Part shown: positions 58,129 to 64,000 of the stretch, in pieces
Position numbering within the stretch: position 1 is the stretch's first letter
Layout of the letters: each line of letters opens with the position of its first letter
DNA from: Candidatus Micrarchaeota archaeon
GTDB taxonomy: Archaea > B1Sed10-29 > JAJRYS01
Direction: 5' to 3'
Assembly: GCA_964496415.1 (NCBI GenBank)
Contig: CAZBZN010000001.1
Coordinates: 1-64,000, forward strand
Length of the DNA stretch: 64,000 nucleotides
Notes under the pieces: generated by a model
The model's database searches: none
What the model was told of the DNA's origin: nothing
What the model saw: only the letters and a program-made list of their open reading frames with translations
Made by a program: the position numbers and the translations under genes

Positions 58129-59556
58129 TCATCCTTTAATACAGCCTATTGGTCTTACTCTTACTACTTTTTTAGCTAACCCGGCATTGTGCACTGCGTC
58201 AACTACTTCTGCTACGTCCTTGTAAGCTTCAGGAGCTTCTTCAGCTACTCCTGCGTAAGAATGTGCTTTAACTATGATTCCTTTTTCCCTTAGTCTGCGG
58301 ATTATTTCCTCTCCTCTCCAGGAATGTTTTGCTTTTGTCCTGCTCATTCTTCTTCCACCGCCATGGCAAGCGCTTCCAAAAGTCTTACTGGTTCCGGTTT
58401 CTGTTCCAACTAATATGTAAGAGTATGTTCCCATGCTTCCTCCTATGAGTACTGGTTGTCCTACTTCCATGTAATCTTTTGGCAATTCTTTCCTGCCAGG
58501 ACCAAAAGCTCTAGTAGCTCCTTTTCTATGAACATAAAGTTTTCTCTTCTCCCCGTCAACGTCATGCTCTTCTATCTTGCACGTGTTATGTGAGATATCA
58601 TAAAGTGTTTCCACTTTTGCTTCTGGAAGTACTTTTTCAAAAGCAGTCCTTGCCAAGTGAGCTATTACTTGCCTGTTCGCTAACGCGCAGTTTATTCCAG
58701 CATTCATTGCACCCCAGTAATCCTGTCCTTCTTTTGATTTTATAGGAGCACATACGAGTTCCCTGTCCCTTATAGGAATCCCGTACTTTTTTGAAGCCTG
58801 CGCAAGGATTGGAAGGTAATCCATTCCTATCTGATGCCCAAGAGCTCTTGAACCACAGTGAAATGATATTAAGACATCTCCTTTTTCCACTTTGAACACT
58901 TTTGCTGTTTTTTCATCAAACACTTCATCAACTACTTGAATTTCTAAGTAGTGGTTTCCTGAACCAAGAGTCCCTACTTGCTTGTACTGCCTTTTTTTTG
59001 CTTTGTGTGATACTTTTGAAGCATCAGCTCCGTCAACTCTGCCGAATTCTTCTATGAATTCAAGGTCTCTTTTTGTCCCATACCCTTGTTCAACAGCCCA
59101 AACAGCTCCTCCTTCTAGCACTTCATCAATTCCCTGTTCAGTTAGCTTTATTTCACCAGTGCTTCCAAGACCAGCAGGTACTGTTCTAAACAATTCGTTT
59201 ACTACCTCCTCTATTTTTTCCTTTACTTGTTCTTCTTTCAGGCCAGTCCTCATTGTTCTTACTCCGCAAGAAATGTCAAACCCTACTCCTCCTACTGAAA
59301 GTATTCCTTCATCTTCGTCAAAAGCACCTACTCCTCCTATTGGGAAACCGTACCCCCAGTGAGCGTCAGGCATTGCCATTGCTGCTTTAACAATGCCTGG
59401 AAGGCTTGCCACGTTCATGAGTTGTTCTCTTACTTTTTCATCCATTTCTGTAACTAGTTTCTCGTCAGCGTAAATCCTTGCAGGAACATTCATTTCACCA
59501 GTTTTTTCAATTTCCCATTCATAGTCACTTATCTTTTTCAAAGCTTTAATATCCAC
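58129..59556 (-). CDS. rtcB: RNA-splicing ligase RtcB
   Basis: MPDAHWGYGFPIG, DISCG, GSGNHYLE, HRKGAT, ACHG, EEAPEAYK; no intein. Confidence 0.97.
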   Translation of the reverse strand: MDIKALKKISDYEWEIEKTGEMNVPARIYADEKLVTEMDEKVREQLMNVASLPGIVKAAMAMPDAHWGYGFPIGGVGAFDEDEGILSVGGVGFDISCGVRTMRTGLKEEQVKEKIEEVVNELFRTVPAGLGSTGEIKLTEQGIDEVLEGGAVWAVEQGYGTKRDLEFIEEFGRVDGADASKVSHKAKKRQYKQVGTLGSGNHYLEIQVVDEVFDEKTAKVFKVEKGDVLISFHCGSRALGHQIGMDYLPILAQASKKYGIPIRDRELVCAPIKSKEGQDYWGAMNAGINCALANRQVIAHLARTAFEKVLPEAKVETLYDISHNTCKIEEHDVDGEKRKLYVHRKGATRAFGPGRKELPKDYMEVGQPVLIGGSMGTYSYILVGTETGTSKTFGSACHGGGRRMSRTKAKHSWRGEEIIRRLREKGIIVKAHSYAGVAEEAPEAYKDVAEVVDAVHNAGLAKKVVRVRPIGCIKG

Positions 59557-59575
59557 AGGACTCCCTCCTTAAGAC

Positions 59576-59992
59576 TCATACGTCAACAATGCATTGAGCA
59601 ATCCAATGATCATTTGTTTTCTCAACTTTTACCTGTGAGTAAGTGGCTGCTTTTACTTCTGTCTTAGGATGGTGCTTTTCAGGGTTAAATTCTTCTCCGA
59701 GAGCGATAGCGGTTAGTTTGTTATCGTTTATGGTTACTTTAAAATCTTTGAAGACAATTCCTTCTAAGTCCATTTCTGTAAGCAGCTCGTTGAGGAATGA
59801 TACGAGAAGACTTTCAAGGTCTGTTGACTCGCAGGTTATTTTTATTTCTTTGCAGGGGGTTATGTTTTCTAAGTCAAACATTATTGAAAACATTGCCTTG
59901 GCACATTCAGTAAAAGCTTCTTCAACTGTTTTTCCAATTCCTCTTACTCCTATGTCAGCAGTGTGTTCAAAAGTTTCGAACAACTTACTCAC
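59576..59992 (-). CDS. Archease (RtcB cofactor)
   Basis: FEHTADIG, EVKAATY, C-terminal VDV; adjacent to rtcB. Confidence 0.94.
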   Translation of the reverse strand: MSKLFETFEHTADIGVRGIGKTVEEAFTECAKAMFSIMFDLENITPCKEIKITCESTDLESLLVSFLNELLTEMDLEGIVFKDFKVTINDNKLTAIALGEEFNPEKHHPKTEVKAATYSQVKVEKTNDHWIAQCIVDV

Positions 59993-60062
59993 TCCTTATT
60001 AGTGATCTAAGCATAGTTTAAGCAATTAAGTTTATAAGGTTTTTTTGTTTTAAATTTGTTTA

Positions 60063-60365
60063 ATGAAGAGAAGAAATCCTAACAAGGCTAAAAAGAAAGT
60101 TGAGGAAAAGAGAGCTGAGAAAGCTGCTGTTGATTCTTTGATTAGCGTTATAAGGTCAAGGATTACTTTTTTGACTCCTGAGGAGAAAAAAGCTGATAGG
60201 ATTTTTAAAGAAATTGAAAGAGACCCGTCATTGGTTGATAATCTTTCAGCAAGAGACATAGATTGGCTTATGGAAGTTGCAGAAAAACGTGAGCATGAAA
60301 TGAGTATTTATTTAAATGTTCTTCCTCTTTTAGAGAAAAGACGTGAAGAGTTAAAGAAAAAATAG
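60063..60365 (+). CDS. Hypothetical charged helical protein
   Basis: 100-aa ORF filling the archease-rps10 gap; TTTATAA about 26-32 nt upstream. Confidence 0.6.
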   Translation: MKRRNPNKAKKKVEEKRAEKAAVDSLISVIRSRITFLTPEEKKADRIFKEIERDPSLVDNLSARDIDWLMEVAEKREHEMSIYLNVLPLLEKRREELKKK

Positions 60366-60370
60366 TTGGC

Positions 60371-60679
60371 TTATTCAAGTTCTATTTCTATGTGGACTTG
60401 GTCTGGGATTTGCACTCTCATTATTTGCCTTAATGTCCTTTCATCTGCTTGGATGTTTATCAGTCTTTTATGGATTCTCATCTGCCATTTTTCCCATGTC
60501 TTGCTTCCGTCACCGCAAGGAGTCTTAAGTGTTGGTACAGTTAGTTTTTTCGTAGGAAGAGGAATGGGGCCTGATACTCTTGCCCCTGTTTTTAAAGCTA
60601 CTTCTTTTATTTCTTTGCATACTTCTTCAAGTTTCTTGTAGTCAGGGCTTACAAGTTTTATGCTTGCGGTTTGAGTCAC
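60371..60679 (-). CDS. rps10: 30S ribosomal protein uS10
   Basis: SGPIPLPT, PCGDGS, MRIHKRLI; GTG start. Confidence 0.96.
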   Translation of the reverse strand: MTQTASIKLVSPDYKKLEEVCKEIKEVALKTGARVSGPIPLPTKKLTVPTLKTPCGDGSKTWEKWQMRIHKRLINIQADERTLRQIMRVQIPDQVHIEIELE

Positions 60680-60717
60680 TTTTTTTCACCTTAAATTAAA
60701 ATAAAAAAGGAAAGGTT

Positions 60718-61989
60718 TTATTGTTTTTTCTTAACGTCTATCACCATTCCTGCTGCTACTGTTTGACCCATGTCTCTTACTGCGAACCTTCCAAGTGGTG
60801 AGAACTCGTTTGCTTTTTCAATGACCATTGGCCTTGTTGGCTTGAATTTTACTATTGCAACGTCTCCTGTCTTAATGAATTCAGGGTTTTCTTGTTCTAC
60901 TTGTCCTGTTTTTGGGTTGATTTTCTTTACAAGCTCAGTTATTGTACAAGCTACTTGTGCAGTGTGCGCATGGATTACTGGCTGGTATCCTACTGTTATT
61001 GCTGTTGGGTGGTTTAATACTACTATTTGAGCAGTGAATTCTTCTGCCACCGTTGGTGGATTGTCAGGATGACCTACTACGTCTCCTCTCTTTATGCTTT
61101 TCTTGTCAACCCCTTTGAGGTTGAATCCAATGTTGTCTCCTGGTTCTGCTTCCTGTAATGGCTGGTGGTGCATTTCTATTGATTTTACTTCTCCAACCAC
61201 TCCTGATGGCATTACTATTACTTTGTCTCCTACTTTGAGTTTTCCGGTTTCAACTCTTCCTACTGGCACTAATCCTACTCCTGTAATTGTGTATACGTCT
61301 TGTACTGGTAGTCTTAATGGTTTGTCTACTGGTTTTTCAGGTACTTTAAAGTCGTCAAAAGCTTCTACTATTGTTTTTCCTTTGTACCATGGAGTTTTAT
61401 CTGACTTTTTAGCTACGTTGTCTCCGTAGTAAGCTGATACTGGAATGAATGGAATTTCATCTGTCTTGTATCCTATGGTTTTCAGTAAGTTTTCTACTTG
61501 TGATTTTACTTCGTTGAATCTGTTTTCATCATAGTTTACTGTGTCCATTTTGTTTATTGCAACTATGAGTTGTCCTACTCCAAGAGTTCTTGCTAAGAAA
61601 GCATGCTCTTTTGTTTGTGGTTGTGGTCCTTCTTTAGCTGATACTACTAAAACTGCAGCGTCTGCTTGAGAAGTACCAGTAATCATGTTTTTAACGAAGT
61701 CTCTGTGTCCTGGAGCGTCTATTATTGTGAAGTAGTATTTGTTTGTTTGGAAGTCTTTGTGCATTACGTCTATTGTTACTCCTCTTTCCCTTTCTTCTTT
61801 GAGTTTGTCCATTACGAATGCAAACTCAAAAGTTGCTTTTCCAAGCTTTGCTGCTTCTTCTTTGAGTTTTCTTAGTTCAACATCACTGAGTGCTCCTGTG
61901 TCGTAGAGGATTCTTCCAACCAAGGTTGACTTTCCATGGTCTACGTGTCCTATGAACACCAGGTTAAGGTGTGGTTTTTTGTCTGCCAT
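60718..61989 (-). CDS. tuf: Elongation factor 1-alpha
   Basis: [37 protein letters not shown]. Confidence 0.98.
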   Translation of the reverse strand: MADKKPHLNLVFIGHVDHGKSTLVGRILYDTGALSDVELRKLKEEAAKLGKATFEFAFVMDKLKEERERGVTIDVMHKDFQTNKYYFTIIDAPGHRDFVKNMITGTSQADAAVLVVSAKEGPQPQTKEHAFLARTLGVGQLIVAINKMDTVNYDENRFNEVKSQVENLLKTIGYKTDEIPFIPVSAYYGDNVAKKSDKTPWYKGKTIVEAFDDFKVPEKPVDKPLRLPVQDVYTITGVGLVPVGRVETGKLKVGDKVIVMPSGVVGEVKSIEMHHQPLQEAEPGDNIGFNLKGVDKKSIKRGDVVGHPDNPPTVAEEFTAQIVVLNHPTAITVGYQPVIHAHTAQVACTITELVKKINPKTGQVEQENPEFIKTGDVAIVKFKPTRPMVIEKANEFSPLGRFAVRDMGQTVAAGMVIDVKKKQ

Positions 61990-62085
61990 TTCTTCTTACC
62001 TCCGTTTTTAATTAATATGAAGTGGTTAGTTTGATTTTTAATACTTTTGTTTTTTAAGCCTAATAAACTTTTCTCTTCTCGTTTT

Positions 62086-64000
62086 TCATGCTAGTAACTC
62101 TTGTGGGGTTGGTGGCTGTGGTTTTAATCCTTTTCTTTCTCTTACTTTTTTAATTATTTCTTCTTGTAAGCTTTTTGGAACCATTTCATATCCTAAGTAT
62201 TCAGTGCTCCATAGTGCTCTTCCCTGAGTAGCTGACCTTATTGCTGCAGCAAATCCAAACATTTCAGCTACTGGTACTTTTGCGATTATTGTTAATGCGT
62301 CTTCTTCTTGATTCATTTCAAGTATTTGCCCTCTTCTTCCTTGTATTTCTTTTGTTACCGCGCTCATGTATTCTTGTGGTATTGAGATGAATAGTTTTTG
62401 TTTTGGTTCCATGAGGACAGCGTCTCCTAACAGCATTGCTGCAAGGATTGCTCTTTTTACTGCTGGGATTACTTGAGCAGGCCCTCTGTGAACAGCATCT
62501 TCATGGAGCACTGCGTCATGAAGTTTTACTATCATCTTTATTCCTTTTTCCTGGGCTAAAGGCCCTGCATTCATTGCTTCTATAAATGCTTGGATTATTA
62601 GTTCTTTTGCTTCGTTTAAGTATTGTACTCCTTTAGTGACGTCTATAAGCATGCAGTTATTGTGAATATACCATACTTTTTTGGATTCTTCAGCATCCAT
62701 GCCAAGGTTTCTTAGTTTTTCTGCTAATGCTTTTTGGTCTTTTACTTTTCCTTCTTTTATTTCCCCTTCTTTTATTGCTTTGTGGATTTCATCGCTCATT
62801 GGTTCTACTGTTAAATAAAATTTATTGTGTTTGTTTGGGGATTTTCCTTCTACTTGTTGTGATTGACTTGCAACGCTTTCACGGTAAACTACTATTGGCT
62901 GTGATGAGGTTATTTCTACTCCTTTGTCTTTTCTTAGTACGTGTTCAAGGATTTCTAAGTGAAGTTCTCCCATTCCAGATAGTAAGTGTTCTCCTGTTTC
63001 TTCATTTATTTCTACCCTTACTGTTGGGTCTTCTTTTGCTAATTGTCTTAGAGCTTCGATGAGTTTTGGAAGGTCTTTTGGGTTTTTTGCTTCAATTGAT
63101 TTTGTAACTACTGGTTCTGAATAGTGTTTTATTGATTCAAATGGCTCTATTTTTTCTTCGCATGCTGTTTCTCCTGCAAAAGCATCTTTCAAGCCTGTTA
63201 TTGCAGCAATATTACCAGCAGGAATATCAGGCAACTGAATTCTTCCATCATTCATGTATATTGCTACTTGTTGCACTGTTGCTTCTCTTGCAGAGTTGAT
63301 TAAGTATAATTTTTGTCCTTTTTTCACCGTTCCTGAGAAGACTCTGCCTGTGGCTACTTCTCCAGCATGAGGGTCTATTGAAATATTGGTTATCATTATG
63401 GTTGTTTTTCCGTCTTTGTCGCAGTTTATCATTTGTTTCCCTACTTCACTTTCAGGGTCTCCGTTCCAAATGTTTTCAATCCTGTATTTTTGAGCTTCTT
63501 TTGGGCTTGGCAGGTGTTTTACTACCATGTCTAAGATTACTTGATAGGCTGGGATTTTTTTAGCTAATTCTTTTTGTTTTTCTTGTTGGGAGTATTCATA
63601 GATTTCTTTGAAACCAATGCCTGTTTTTTTCATGAATGGAACTGAAATAGCCCAGTTATGATAAGCAGAGCCAAAAGCAACAGACCCATCTTGCACTCTT
63701 ACCTGCCATTTTTCTTTGTATTCAGGTGGGGCATATTTTCTAATAAGTTCGTTTACTTTTGTTATTATTTTAGTAAGTCTTTTTTGAAGTTCTTCAGGCC
63801 CTACTTGCAATTCATTGATTAACCTGTCTACTTTGTTTATGAAGAGTACTGGTTTTACTCTTTCTTTTAGAGCTTGTCTTAATACTGTTTCTGTTTGAGG
63901 CATTACTCCTTCAACAGCGCAAGCTACTACTATTGCTCCGTCTACTGCTCTCATTGCTCTTGTTACTCCTCCTCCAAAGTCAACGTGTCCAGGGGTGTCT
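62086..64000 (-). CDS. fusA: Elongation factor 2 (5' end outside the window)
   Basis: TPGHVDFGG at the window edge, [13 protein letters not shown], diphthamide-site HRGPAQ. Confidence 0.97.
   Translation of the reverse strand, partial: DTPGHVDFGGGVTRAMRAVDGAIVVACAVEGVMPQTETVLRQALKERVKPVLFINKVDRLINELQVGPEELQKRLTKIITKVNELIRKYAPPEYKEKWQVRVQDGSVAFGSAYHNWAISVPFMKKTGIGFKEIYEYSQQEKQKELAKKIPAYQVILDMVVKHLPSPKEAQKYRIENIWNGDPESEVGKQMINCDKDGKTTIMITNISIDPHAGEVATGRVFSGTVKKGQKLYLINSAREATVQQVAIYMNDGRIQLPDIPAGNIAAITGLKDAFAGETACEEKIEPFESIKHYSEPVVTKSIEAKNPKDLPKLIEALRQLAKEDPTVRVEINEETGEHLLSGMGELHLEILEHVLRKDKGVEITSSQPIVVYRESVASQSQQVEGKSPNKHNKFYLTVEPMSDEIHKAIKEGEIKEGKVKDQKALAEKLRNLGMDAEESKKVWYIHNNCMLIDVTKGVQYLNEAKELIIQAFIEAMNAGPLAQEKGIKMIVKLHDAVLHEDAVHRGPAQVIPAVKRAILAAMLLGDAVLMEPKQKLFISIPQEYMSAVTKEIQGRRGQILEMNQEEDALTIIAKVPVAEMFGFAAAIRSATQGRALWSTEYLGYEMVPKSLQEEIIKKVRERKGLKPQPPTPQELLA

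Overview
AT-rich archaeal core-genome window, most consistent with a DPANN-type archaeon (lineage inferred, not proven). Genes are densely packed with GGTGA-type Shine-Dalgarno (SD) motifs. It holds cdc6/orc1, sepF, both PolD subunits, TyrRS, a C-terminally truncated GluRS, archaeosine TGT, TrmI, SecDF, CarS, KEOPS (Kae1, Bud32), aIF2-gamma, aIF5B, the large ribosomal superoperon (uL3 to secY/cbf5, then S13-S4-S11-rpoD-L18e-L13-S9-rpoN-eno-S2), IorAB, RtcB with archease, uS10, EF-1alpha and the 3' part of EF-2. I found no integrase, transposase, CRISPR array or rRNA. The most unusual signals are non-coding. (1) tRNA-Ser(GGA) has two non-canonical BHB introns (15/16 and 30/31) whose interiors are complementary across their own circularisation junction. 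(2) tRNA-Leu(GAG) has a D-loop intron. (3) A ~62-nt double-hairpin repeat with compensatory changes sits directly behind both tRNAs. (4) K-turn or other structured leaders precede rpl7ae, rps13, rps15, rpl3 and DP1. Protein oddities are an APC permease-methyltransferase fusion, uS3 with a C2H2 zinc finger, a catalytic-domain-only GluRS, a bacterial-type Adk in the usual ndk slot, and a possible AUA start for aIF5B. All folds were derived by eye and have not been computed.
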